Source: Nitrosopumilaceae archaeon
GTDB lineage: Archaea; Thermoproteota; Nitrososphaeria; Nitrososphaerales; Nitrosopumilaceae
Direction of reading: 5' to 3'
Assembly (NCBI GenBank): GCA_965214835.1
Contig: CBDCCK010000002.1
Coordinates: 1,536,001-1,600,000, forward strand
Length of the DNA stretch: 64,000 bases
Of the stretch, positions 25,401 through 33,100 are shown piece by piece. Both the position numbers and the translations under genes were made by a program. Below the pieces are notes generated by a model, which was not told the origin of the DNA, did no database searches, and was given only the letters and a program-made list of their open reading frames with translations. The first letter of the stretch is position 1. Each line of letters begins with the position of its first letter.

Positions 25401-28019
25401 TCCGTCGATGACGGCCTCCAGATAATAGACGTCACGGATCCGGCCAGTCCAACCCCGGTCGAAAATCTGAAGGATACGGACTCGCTCCTGCTTGACGGCG
25501 CCCGCGCCGTGGATATATTCACGATAGGAGGCCGGACCTACGCCGCAGTGGCCTCCACCGCCGACGACGGCCTCCAGATAATAGACGTCACGGATCCGGC
25601 CAACCCCACACCTGTCGGCAGTCTGGGAGATGCCGTGGATGCGGAGACTGAAGGCGCCGTGGTGGGGCAGCTGCTACTTGACGGCGCCCGCGACGTGGAT
25701 ATATTCACGATAGGCGGCCGGACCTACGCCGCAGTGGCCTCCTCCGTCGACAACGGCCTCCAGATAATAGACATTACGGATCCGGCCAGTCCGGCAGCGG
25801 CCGGACAGCTGGAAGACACCGAGGACTCCGACGAGCTGCTGCTTGACGGCGCCCAGGGCGTGGCAGTCTTTACGATAGGAAACAGGACCTACGCCGCAGT
25901 GGCCTCCTTTGCCGACGACGGCCTCCAGATTGTAGACGTTACGGATCCCGCCAGTCCTGTCGCCGCCGGCAGCCTGGAGGATACGGGCTCCACGGAACTT
26001 GACGGGGCCAGCGACGTGGCAGTCTTTACGATAGGAGGCAACACCTACGCCGCAGTGGCCTCCGCCTCCGGCGACGACGGCCTCCAGATTGTAGACGTTA
26101 CGGATCCGGCCAGACCTGTAGCCGCAGGGAGTATTGCTGATGGCGACTCACTACTGCTTCTCACCGCCCGCGACGTGGCAGTCTTTACGATGGGAGGCCG
26201 GATCTACGCCGCAGTGACCTCCTTTGCCGACGACGGCCTCCAGATTGTAGATGTTACGGATCCCGCCAGTCCTGTCGCCGCCGGCAGCCTGGAGGATACG
26301 GGCTCCCTGAGGCTTGCAGGCGCCACCGGCGTGGCCGTCTTTACGATAGGAGGCAACACCTACGCCGCAGTGACCGCCGAGTACGATGACGGCCTCCAGC
26401 TGGTGAGGCTGGAGGCCGCATCCGGCATCTCGCAGTTCATATCACTTGTAGGAGACAACCCGCTTATACACGAGCTGGGCACCCCGTACGTCGATCCGGG
26501 CGCCACAACGGACGACGGCTCGCCGGTCACTGTGGATTACTCGCAGGTCGACGTCGGCGTGCACGGGGACTATCAGGTGATCTACACTGCCATTGGCGGC
26601 GGTGGCAGCACGGAAACGGCGATCAGGATAGTGCAGGTGCGCGACACCCTGCCGCCGGCCTTTGCATCGGCTACCCTGGACGAGGGCACGGGGGCCATGG
26701 CCATAACCTTCAGCGAGGCCGTCGACATATCGGCTGCAAACCTCTCACTGCTGCATGTCAGTGATGTAAACCAGGCAGATGCGGTCTCGCTGGGCGGTGC
26801 CGCATTTGACTTTGGATCTGCTGACGTCGAGACCCTTTCACTCATACTCCTTCGGGCCCAGCTGGACGGGATAGTCCCGATGGGAACCCCGCAGCTTGAC
26901 ATTTCTGCGGGCGCCGTATCTGATATATTCGGCAACCGGATAGGTGGCTCGCCGGACAACCCGATCACGATCCCGGGCCGTATCCAGACCGATGACGACA
27001 CCGATGGCGACACAGTCCCGCCGACCGGCCGCAGCAGCGGAGTCGGAGGCGGCGGGGGAGGAGGCGGAGGCGGCCGCACCGGCATCGGGACCACACTGCC
27101 CGGTGCGGAGGCGGCGTACATAGCCTCCATATCATGGGACTGCGCGGCCGGATTCGTAACGATCGCCGCCGGGCCCGCATCCGATGATCTTGCCGTCTCT
27201 GTTCGCACCACGGAGCACAGCGTCACTAGGACTACGGGGGCAGGCCAGACGCCGGAGGGATTTGCCGTGTTTAAGGCGCCGATGCACGAGAGCGAGTCAT
27301 ACATCGGCGTCAGCGCAATCCTGCATTCCGGAAGCAGCGTAAGCTCCGACTATGAATCGGTAAACGTCGATGCCTGTGCCGGCAAGCGCACATACGATGT
27401 TCCGGTGTACATACCTGCAAGCACGGTTACGCAGACAGCAGGCGGGCCGGGCGATGCGGCGGTTCTGCCGCCCGTGACGCCGGAGCCTCCCGCCCCGATG
27501 CTGCCCGAGCCCGAGCCCGAGCCGCCCGTGACGCCGGAGCCTCCCGCCCCGATGCTGCCCGAGCCCGAGCCCGAGCCGCCCGTGACGCCGGAGCCTTCCG
27601 CCCCGGTGCAGCCCGAGCCCGAGCCGCAGGCAGCCTCGGAGCCCGGCGGCGCGTGCCTGATAGCGACTGCCGCATACGGGACCGAGCTGGCGCCGCAGGT
27701 GCAGGCACTCAGGGAGATACGCGACGGTGCGCTTCTCTCGACTGGCTCGGGATCCTCCTTTGTCGCCGGGTTCAACACTGTATACTATTCGTTCTCGCCT
27801 GCAGTAGCCGACCTGGAGCGCCAGAACCCGGCATTTCGCGAGGCCGTAAGGATTGCCATATATCCGATGATCTCGACGCTGTCGATAATGTCGCTTGCAG
27901 AGGAGGGCTCGGAGGCCTCGGTGCTGGCGCTGGGCGCCTCGGTCATCGCCCTCAATATCGGCATGTATGCAGCAGCCCCTGCCGCCGTCATCGTGGCTGC
28001 CCGGCGGCTGCGGGGCTGA
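13413..28019 (+). CDS. Giant (4868 aa) surface protein/adhesin: signal peptide, seven 7-bladed LVIVD-type propellers, Ig/cadherin-like stalk domains, DUF5011-like domain, CFI-box-CTERM
   Basis: Continuous ORF; 49 blade repeats counted in seven groups of seven; C-terminal GGACLIATAAYG..TM. Confidence 0.92.
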   Translation: MLIAVAVSGLISADGLQEAHAQSQPVNVTATGSLGDNNALLLGGANGVDVFTMGGKTYAAIVSRVDDGLQIVDVSNPASPGAVGQLSDTDSLLLDGARAVDVFKIGANTYAAVASSDDDGLQIVDVSDPASPDAVGQLNDTDSLLDGAHDVDVFTIGANTYAAVASNEDDALQLVDVTDPASPAAAGNLNDTGSRELGGAFGVAVFKIGDNTYAAVSSYNDDGLQIVDVTNPASPVAVGRLADGALLFGARYVDTFTITDGSGINTYAVVTIEHSDGEGGLQLVDITDPTMPTAAGRLLTDGSSLFNLPEGVTVFKIGQSTYAAVASDDSDGIQIVDVSDPAAPAVAGHLRDGGDLKLAGSWDVDVFTINGRTYAAVASNRDGLQLMRLEDSTPPAFESATLDRYAGTMTVTFSEAIDVSETDLSMLYVSDDGQTNAVSLAGADFDDTAADSETIWLILTPAQLAAIVPMDTPQLDIAAGAASDLSENLIDAAADNPITTASPDSPIPSGRLAHDSTLLLDFPRGMDTFRIGEDIYAAVTYNGGTNSGLQTINVTDPASPTAVGKIKSRTAFFGDTPIFLSTAQEVDIFTIGNNTYAAVVAFRSEALQIINVTDPSSLVEAGHLSNSGSDVRLSGATDVGIFTIGSSTYAAVASFSDNTLQIVNVTDPDNPAAAGQLTDTDDLLLNQASDVAIFTIGSSTYAAVTSSFDDGLQIVNVTDPDDPVAAGNLADTTSLQLRDATAVDVFTIDDSTYAAVTTFGNEGLQIVNVTDPDNPAAAGNLADTDDLLLDGPRDVTVLTIGSSTYAVAPSANDGGLQIVNVTDPDNPAAAGNLPDTDDLLLDSTRGVAVFMIGGSPYAAVSADTEGIQIVKLGEVIDMTSNSLPVAPAEMAITLEDTPITITPNISDPDTSDTPAISTVSDPPNGTATHDDTTIIYTPDQDYDGTDTFSYTVTDGTDTTQGTVTVTVVRGNNDPVLGTIGDRAATVGVQLTITPTVTDADTTDTHTYSITRGTLPAAAVFSTSDGSITWTPVQADAGQTHEVTITVNDGRGGTDSETFDIVAAEVDTTPLISATPAGQLRDGGPRLLTTATSLDVFTIGDKTYAAVASYGDDALQIINVTDPDSPSAAGHLADTNSLRLDGAYGVDVFTIDDKTYAAVASHGDDALQIVNVTDSDNPEASGSVEDTEPAGGIDDELLLEKSRGVAVFVIGDKTYAAVTSSRDRGLQIINVTDPDNPAPAGQLKDTAGAGGLLLAGPWGVDVFTVGGSTYAAVASFADNGLQIVDVTDPDNPAPAGQLKDTAGAGGLLLAGSVGVDTFTTAHGTYVAVASEKDNGLQIVNVTDPRNPAPAGHLADTEPASDGDDELLLEKSRGVAVFVMGDNTYATVTSFADNGLQIVDVTDPDNPAPAGQLKDTAGGGELLLDRAFGVDIFAVGGNTYAAVASRADNGIQIARLSDITPPAFASAALDEGTGTMTITFSETIDVSETDLSMLYVSDTGGIDEVALTGAAFDSNAADSATISLTLTQAHLNRIIQMGTPQLDIGAAAVYDLFVNHIGAVPDNPITVTADTVRPTFASAALGESTGTMTITFSKTIDVSETDLSMLYVSDTGGIDEVALTGAAFDSNAADSATISLTLTQSHLNQIAPMVTPQLDIKTGAVLDLAGNDIDTASDNPIDITKPEFISARLGSLEDTSSTELEGASGVAVFTVDTNTYAAVASYDDDGLQIVDVSDPDNPAAAGSLGDDTTRLLEGASGVAVFTIGTNTYAAVVSEIDDGLQIVDVSDPDNPAAAGSLGDDTTRLLEGASGVAVFTVDTNTYAAVASFTDNGLQIVDVSDPDNPAAAGSLGDDTTRLLEGAYTADVFTIGTSTYIAVVSEIDDGLQIVDVSDPDNPAAAGSLGDDTTRLLEGASGVAVFTVDTNTYAAVASFTDNGLQIVDVSDPDNPAAAGSLGDDTTRLLEGASGVAVFTVDTNTYVAVASETDNGLQIVDVSDPANPTDAGSLGDTSDLLLDGAYAADVFTIDSNTYAVVASYDDHGIQLVRLGAEAETPNNPPVAPDDAATTPEDTAVIITPAISDPDVADTPRISAVDDPPNGAATHDDTTITYTPDTDYEGTDTFGYTISDGTDTAQGTITVTVTRDNNDPVLGTIGNQAATVGVQLTITPTITDDDTTDTHTYSISRGTLPAAAVFSTSDGTLVWTPVPADAGQTHTVTITVNDGRGGTDSETFDIAVGDAPPTLTLTPVGNIGDNPQLLLDGAHDVDTFQIGTNTYAAVVSESDNGLQIIDVTDPDNPTAAGSLGDTSDELLLVGARGVDIFKIGTNTYAAVASNHDDGIQIVNVTDPDNLTAAGSLKDDGSRLLDGAVSVSVFKIGGSTYAAVASHNEHGIQIVNVTDPDNPAAAGSLGDGAQTILNGPRSVDVFMIGGSTYAAVAAESNSNNGLQIVNVTDPDNPAAAGNLGDDTSTLLLGARGVDTFQIGANTYAAVASNREHGLQIVDVTDPDNPAAAGNLGDNPSTLLRNARGVDTFQIGANTYAAVTSNNEDGLQIVDVTDPDSPTAAGSLGDDGTGGTLLLDGAGSVAVFKIGANTYAAVTSNSDDGLQLVRLDEAAETPNAPPVAPAATATTAEDTPVTITPAISDPDTSDTPTISAVENPPNGTTIHDGTTITYTPDADYEGTDTFGYTVSDGTDTAQGTITVTITRDNNDPVLGTIGDRAATVGVQLTITPAVTDTDTTDTHTYSIARGTLPAAAVFSTSDGTLVWTPVQADAGQTHTVTITVNDGRGGTDSETFDIVVSGTDTAPPAFESATLDEGTGAMTITFDETIDISATNLSLLYVSDVNQADTVPLIGAAFDFGSADVETLSLTLVQAQLDEIAPMGTPQLDITAGAVSDMAGNQIADSPDNPITVTDTTSNSPPLAPAESVTTPEDVPITITPAISDPDTSDTPIISAVGNPPNGAVTHDDTTITYTPDQDFDGTDTFGYTVSDGTDTAQGTITVTVTRDNNNPVLGTIGDQAATVGVQLTITPAVTDADTTDTHTYSITRGTLPAAAVFSTSDGTLVWTPVQADAGQTHTVTITVSDGRGGTDSETFDIVVAGRDITSPAFESATLDEDTGAMTITFDETIDISATNLSLLYVSDVNQADTVSLTGAAFDLGSADVETLSLTLVQAQLDEIVPMGTPQLDITAGAVSDILGNQIADSPDNPITVTDTTSNSPPLAPAESVTTPEDVPITITPAISDPDTSDTPIISAVDNPPNGTATHDDTTITYTPDSDFDGTDTFEYTVSDGTDSVQGTITVTVTRDNNNPVLGTIGDRAATPDTQLVITPAVTDADPTDTHTYSISRGTLPAAATFNTTDGTLVWTPVQADAGQTHTVTITVSDGRGGTDSQTFDIVVADTDPPAIEITPTGNLGDNSTLLLGGPYDVAVFMVGANTYAAVASDDDNALQIVDVTDPSRPTAAGSLGDNSTLKLNSARNVDIFTKDGSTYAAITSFTDNALQIVDVTDPASPAAAGSLGDNSTLHLEGALGVDVFTIGANTYAAVASHYEYALQIVDITNPDSLTAAGNLQDLVSGDTLHLEGAFGVDVFMIGASTYAAVASFDASALQIVDITNPASPTAAGSLRDNNTLELGGAYDVAVFTIGANTYAAVTALNDDGLQIVDITNPARPVAAGNLGDNNTLLLDGAFGVDAFTIGANTYAAVAALNDNGLQIVDVTDPASPAAAGSLGDNNTLLLDGARGVDTFTIGTNTYAAVASDDDNGLQLVRLGADAEAPNSPPVAPDETATTAEDTPVTITPAISDPDASDTPVISAVENPSNGAATHDGTAITYTPDTDYDGTDTFGYTVSDGTDTTRGTITITVTRDNNAPVLGTIGDQAAEPDVQLTITPTVTDADTTDTHTYSITRGTLPAAAAFNTTDGTLVWTPVQADAGQTHTVTIMVDDGRGGTDSQTFDIVVADGDAVTLTPVGSIGNGPQLLLDLPRGVDVFTIGGNTYAAVASSVDDGLQIIDVTDPASPTPVENLKDTDSLLLDGARAVDIFTIGGRTYAAVASTADDGLQIIDVTDPANPTPVGSLGDAVDAETEGAVVGQLLLDGARDVDIFTIGGRTYAAVASSVDNGLQIIDITDPASPAAAGQLEDTEDSDELLLDGAQGVAVFTIGNRTYAAVASFADDGLQIVDVTDPASPVAAGSLEDTGSTELDGASDVAVFTIGGNTYAAVASASGDDGLQIVDVTDPARPVAAGSIADGDSLLLLTARDVAVFTMGGRIYAAVTSFADDGLQIVDVTDPASPVAAGSLEDTGSLRLAGATGVAVFTIGGNTYAAVTAEYDDGLQLVRLEAASGISQFISLVGDNPLIHELGTPYVDPGATTDDGSPVTVDYSQVDVGVHGDYQVIYTAIGGGGSTETAIRIVQVRDTLPPAFASATLDEGTGAMAITFSEAVDISAANLSLLHVSDVNQADAVSLGGAAFDFGSADVETLSLILLRAQLDGIVPMGTPQLDISAGAVSDIFGNRIGGSPDNPITIPGRIQTDDDTDGDTVPPTGRSSGVGGGGGGGGGGRTGIGTTLPGAEAAYIASISWDCAAGFVTIAAGPASDDLAVSVRTTEHSVTRTTGAGQTPEGFAVFKAPMHESESYIGVSAILHSGSSVSSDYESVNVDACAGKRTYDVPVYIPASTVTQTAGGPGDAAVLPPVTPEPPAPMLPEPEPEPPVTPEPPAPMLPEPEPEPPVTPEPSAPVQPEPEPQAASEPGGACLIATAAYGTELAPQVQALREIRDGALLSTGSGSSFVAGFNTVYYSFSPAVADLERQNPAFREAVRIAIYPMISTLSIMSLAEEGSEASVLALGASVIALNIGMYAAAPAAVIVAARRLRG
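18582..19400 (+). repeat. Near-perfect 156-bp tandem coding repeat (blades of propeller 4)
   Basis: GGCCTCCAGATTGTAGATGTATCGGATCCTG recurs at 18582, 18738, 18894, 19050, 19206 and 19362. Confidence 0.9.
25031..27987 (+). repeat. About 3-kb near-identical direct repeat of 787-3755
   Basis: Offset 24244; only scattered substitutions, a linker length change and one short divergent patch. Confidence 0.92.
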
Positions 28020-28103
28020 AATCCGCCGACTACTGCAGAGCAGCTCCTCCCCATTCGATGTTTGAACCAATTTTTTTAAAGGCATTGGTGCCGCATTCTA
28101 CCC

Positions 28104-28496
28104 ATGTTGCGTGCAGACCACATATTGGAGAAAAAATCCGCATTATTTGGAATTGTGTTTACGGTAGTCGTCGGTTCCTTGGCAATTCCAGTGATCGTAC
28201 CGCACGCGTTTCATGGGTTTCACGTATTTCACATTCTGCTACACGTTGCAGGAATAACCCTGTCATCGTTTCTTACGGTGATTGCCGTCACTGCATGCTA
28301 TCGGTTGCGCACGAAAAGGATGGGCCTGACCATGACTGCCTTTATGATATTTTGCGGTGCAGAATCACTGGCACTGCTTGAGACGACCTGGCCTGGCCTG
28401 TATAGTGTGGGAATGGTATCTTTATTAGAGGTGGGCCACCTGCTAATGATCACCTCGATGGGGCTACTGGCCCTGGGAGCGTTCAGAAATGACTAG
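28104..28496 (+). CDS. Small 4-TM membrane protein with His-rich loop
   Basis: Four hydrophobic segments; PHAFHGFHVFHILLH; overlaps the next gene. Confidence 0.75.
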   Translation: MLRADHILEKKSALFGIVFTVVVGSLAIPVIVPHAFHGFHVFHILLHVAGITLSSFLTVIAVTACYRLRTKRMGLTMTAFMIFCGAESLALLETTWPGLYSVGMVSLLEVGHLLMITSMGLLALGAFRND

Positions 28497-28992
28497 CGAT
28501 AGAAAGTTACAACTAACCGAGATAATCCAGAAAAACCCCGGCCTCAACTTTCGGGATCTGATGAGGGCCACCGGAATGAAGAACGGCGTGCTCAGCCACC
28601 ACTTGGGCCACCTGGAAAAGCTCGGATCAATCTCCGTAGTCCGGGGCCCCAGGCAGTCAAGATTCTATCCGCCCAGCTTCTCAGAGCAGGAGTCAAAGAT
28701 TGTCAAGGCGCTAAGGCGCCAGACGCCAAAGCTCATCCTCCAGTCCCTGATTCTGCACGAGCCGCTGGAATTCAAGGACATAGTCTCGTACACCAAAAAG
28801 TCCCCGTCCACTGTCTCTCTGTACCTGTCCCAGCTGGTAGATGATCAAATCATCAAGACAAGGCTCGTTGAGAGAACCAGGACGTACTGCATCGATGACA
28901 GGCATACCATTGACCGCCTGATAGACGACTATCAGCCGGGAATGCTGGACAGGCCGGTATCCGGACTAGAAGATATTATTAGTTCGTTGTAG
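28489..28992 (+). CDS. Double winged-HTH transcriptional regulator (ArsR/MarR-like)
   Basis: IIQKNPGLNFRDLMRATGMKNGVLSHHLGHLEK and a second KSPSTVSLYLSQLV HTH. Confidence 0.85.
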   Translation: MTSDRKLQLTEIIQKNPGLNFRDLMRATGMKNGVLSHHLGHLEKLGSISVVRGPRQSRFYPPSFSEQESKIVKALRRQTPKLILQSLILHEPLEFKDIVSYTKKSPSTVSLYLSQLVDDQIIKTRLVERTRTYCIDDRHTIDRLIDDYQPGMLDRPVSGLEDIISSL

Positions 28993-29003
28993 GTACTATC
29001 CTC

Positions 29004-30077
29004 GTGAAGTGTATACTGGGGCTTGGCATCCTGCTTGCGTTCGTACCCCTAGCATATGCGGAGGTATACATTCCGGAATCCGAGCTGGCCGGATACTTTG
29101 ACTCCCGTGGCACGTATACTGTGGTGGGCGCCATCAAGAACGGCGGGGATGACTGGGTTGTCCCAAGCGTCACAATCTCCATTGACGGCCTCCGGGCACA
29201 TGACAGGGAGTTTACGTTTGCGCCGGTCGGCCCCGGATCCGAGCTGCCCTTCAAGGTAAAATTCCCGAATCTTGCCCTAGATGATCCCGAACTGCTTGAG
29301 CCGGAGCTAAGCTACCGGGTTGCCCCGCCGGAGACCACGCCTGATGTGCAGGTAATCTACGACGATACCCTGATCCTGCATCCCGACGGACACAAGACCG
29401 GCAGGATAATCAACAGCGGGGACAAGCCCGTTCACCACATCAGGGTCCATGCATTACTGTACTCGTATGATGGAACCCTGCTGGACATGGGGCAAAGCGT
29501 GGAGATCTTTGAGACAGTCGAGCCCGGAGGAATCCGGGAATTCAGCATGTATCCAGATCCCTCCGTGGCCGACTTGGTCGGCTCGTACAGCTGCTTTGCG
29601 CTGATGGATACGTCGGTAATCGCCGTGGACTCGGTACGAAACAGCCTGCCCTATGCCTTCAGGTATGACTCGGGCATATGGCTGTACGACTTTGGCTTTG
29701 ATGATGGCGGCAAGAGGCTATCGATGACCGGCTATAACGGCCTTCCGCTGGGAATCCAGGCAAACTTTGAGTTTCCGCGAAGCAGCGATTCTGAACGGTT
29801 TCAGGTATTTCTGGAGGATGAGCCGCTCGAATCCAGCCAGAGCATCGGCGAGATGGGCAACTGGCACCTAGTATTTGAGATTCCTGCCAGCAACGTTGAC
29901 ACCATAAGCATTCTGGGGTTCGAGGATCCTGGTACGGTAACCCCGCTTGATGACATGCTGATGCCGGACTCCGGCCCCGATGCCTCGACTAGCGATGATG
30001 TCTCGGCAATATATCTGGCGGCAATACCGATCATTGCAGCCATCGCCGGCATTGCAGCCTACAAAAGGCGGGGCTAG
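29004..30077 (+). CDS. Exported, C-terminally anchored protein with FxLYD-like Ig domains
   Basis: Signal peptide; TVVGAIKN and GRIINSGDKPV..LYSYDG; C-terminal TM plus KRR. Confidence 0.7.
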   Translation: MKCILGLGILLAFVPLAYAEVYIPESELAGYFDSRGTYTVVGAIKNGGDDWVVPSVTISIDGLRAHDREFTFAPVGPGSELPFKVKFPNLALDDPELLEPELSYRVAPPETTPDVQVIYDDTLILHPDGHKTGRIINSGDKPVHHIRVHALLYSYDGTLLDMGQSVEIFETVEPGGIREFSMYPDPSVADLVGSYSCFALMDTSVIAVDSVRNSLPYAFRYDSGIWLYDFGFDDGGKRLSMTGYNGLPLGIQANFEFPRSSDSERFQVFLEDEPLESSQSIGEMGNWHLVFEIPASNVDTISILGFEDPGTVTPLDDMLMPDSGPDASTSDDVSAIYLAAIPIIAAIAGIAAYKRRG

Positions 30078-30146
30078 GCGGCCGCCTTGGTACATTTTTC
30101 GAATGTACTATGATACTCATATACGCAGTACCGGAAAACCCTTACA

Positions 30147-33100
30147 TTGTACAGGTCAAACAAGGCAATCCTGCTGCTGCTCTCCGCGGCAGTGGGCCTG
30201 AGCGTATTTGCGTACATTGACAGCCAAGCGACCGGCGGTGATCATGATCCTATCCAGAATTATCTTGGCATGCAGGACGTTTGGGCCCATGACGGCGACG
30301 GCGACGGATTCGACGATGATACCCTAAAGCCAGTCGTCGATGACGCATCAAACGATCCCTTTCCCGGCTCCGGCCGGGACTTTACATCCACGCTGACGCA
30401 CGCCAAGGTCGTCGGCAGCCCAGCATCAAACAGTACCGGCATCAACGCCACTGCAAGCTTTCTTTGGAGTGAAAACCAGGAGCGACTGCAGTATGAAATA
30501 AGGTTTACAAACTCCTCGTACCCACTGCTGCTGGACAAGTCCGCAGGCGACGGTTCGGCAGAATCCGTTACCAAGATCCACATCCACGTGGGAGACTCCT
30601 CGTCCAACGGATACCACGCGCTCAACATCTTCGGCGCCCCTGCAGAAGACGATGCGGAGATGGAGGTTCACCTGGATGACCTGGAGATCCACGGGGTATG
30701 GGGGGATATTGACACGGGCTCGCTGACCTCCGATACCGCGCGCAGCAGGCAGCTGGCAGACATGCGCGACGAGCTGTGCTCGGGCGGCCTGTATTTGCAG
30801 GTACACACAAGCTGGAGTGATCAGCTCGGTGCAAAGGGCGCCATCAGGGGCCAGATCGACGTGGCCTCTGAGCTGTGCGACTTTGACCTGGGCAGGCAGG
30901 AGTTTGAGTCCTTCCTTGGCGGCGCCCAGGTGGTACCGCCGTCGGACAACCGTGGATCCGGTACTGCCGAGCTGCACTTTGATGAGGATCGAGGCTCGCT
31001 GCACTACAGGATCAAGCTGGCCGGCTTTGACATTGCCTCCAATGCCACTGCCACCACCGACGACGACCTGGCAGCCCTTCACATCCACCGTGGCGCCGCA
31101 GGCGCAAACGGGCCCCATGCGCTCAACATCTTCGGCGCCCCATGTGCCATCACTGCCAGTCCATTTGATGCCGTCTGCGACGACGCCCAGATGGATGTGG
31201 ACATCGCCAACGGAGTCATTACCGGCGTCTGGGATGATACGGACAGGACGACGACCGGCTCTGAGGCCGGACGCTCCAAGAACCTTTCTGACATGATAGG
31301 CGAGCTTTGTGATGGGAATCTCTACTTCCAGGCCCATACCCCCACCGGCGGAAACATTCGCGGCCAGATCAACCTGGCAGACGGCCAGCTGTGCGACTAT
31401 CCCGGCCATGACGACTTTACTGCCGCCCTGGACGGCACCCAAATTGGCGGCGGAACCGGAAGCCACGCAACGGGCACTGCCGGCCTGAGATTCAACACAG
31501 GCGGGGACAGGCTGCAGTACGAGATTGACCTAGACGGTCTGGACACTGACGATGTCCAGACCCTTGCAACGACTGCCGATGATCTAACCAAGATACACCT
31601 GCACAATGCCGCCTTTGGCAAGAACTCCACCGTACACCTGCTCAACATCTTCGGACCCCCGGCATTCGATGACGGCGACTTTGAGCTGACGCCTGGAACC
31701 GGCCTCATTACCGGAATATGGGACGATGCCGACGAGTCCTTTGCGCCCAGCGACGGTGGGAGAACCAAAAAGCTGACTACTAGCATAGGCGAGCTGTGCG
31801 CCGGCAGGGTGTACATCAACATCCACACGACCGCGTTTGAGCGCGGGGAAATTCGCGGCCAGATCGTTCCGACCCCTGACAACGTAAGATGTGAGTTTGA
31901 CGTGGCAGAACGTGACTTTGCCGCCGAGCTTGATGTCGCCAACATCGCCGCCGCCGGAGACACCACGGACGCCCCCCCAACTGCGACTGCCCACGCCGAC
32001 TTTTTCCTCAATGACGACAGGACAAAACTGCATTATGTGATTGATCTTGAGGGCATTGATACGACCACCGAGCAGACCCTGGATACGGCTGACGACGACC
32101 TGACAAAAATCCACGTACACATTGGGAATGCCTCATCCACTGGAGCACACGCATTTAACATTATATCGCCATTCGGGGATGCCAACAACCTGAAGATCAA
32201 CAACGGAACCACCACCATCTCTGGCGTATGGGATCCCTCCGATCCTGTGGGCATGGAACCCGGGGACTCCAAGCCGCTTGCAACCCAGTACGACGCTCTT
32301 TGCAGCGAGGGACTGTATCTGCAGGTCCATCTTTCCAGCGGAAACATCCGCGGACAGATTGTTCCCGACGAGCGCAGCACCGCATGTGATGCACCGTATG
32401 TAGTCAGCGCAACGCTGGTAAGTCCTACCGCCGTCAATATAGTCCTGTCCCAGCCGATCGACCCGTCCTCGCTGGCGGCAGGCGACTTTACCGGATTGTC
32501 TCTGAACGGGACTGCCATCAGCTCGGTTTCCTCCTCAACTACTCCTGACAACAGGGGCGTCGTCACGCTGACCCTCGACGGGGTCTCTGCAGGGTTTGCC
32601 AGTGACGGAGAGGTCAGCATCGCCTCCACGCTTACAAGCGCAGTCGGCATCGCGTTTGACACCGGCACAAACCCAATAACCATCAAAAACGCACTGGCAG
32701 GCGTTCCACTTTACGTGACTGGCACCAACTCCCAGATCGTACTGGCAGACGGCTCGACGCTGGACACCGTCGTCGTGTCGCCTGATGCGGACTCTCCGAC
32801 CCTTGACTTTAGCGGACTGTCTACCACCGATACTGCAAGCGGCAAAACCAGCATCATGCTGTCCGGCCCCCTGACTGCCAGCTCATCTGGCACCTCCGGC
32901 CAGGAGTCCAAGGTGGAGTTCCCGTCTGGGCTGACCGTTACCGGAAACGCCGCAACCTTTGACGGCGTCTTTGAGCTGCCAAGCACACCCGCCTCGTGCA
33001 GCTATGGATTCAGAGCTGCAGAAAACTGTGTTTCCTTCGGCGATGGCGACTCTGAGCTGGCCTTTGACGGTCCTGTAAAGGTCACCTTGATCAACCAGGC

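Noticed and set aside
13413-28019. Diversity-generating retroelement acting on the propellers
   Set aside because: No reverse transcriptase in the window, and repeat differences are not adenine-specific.
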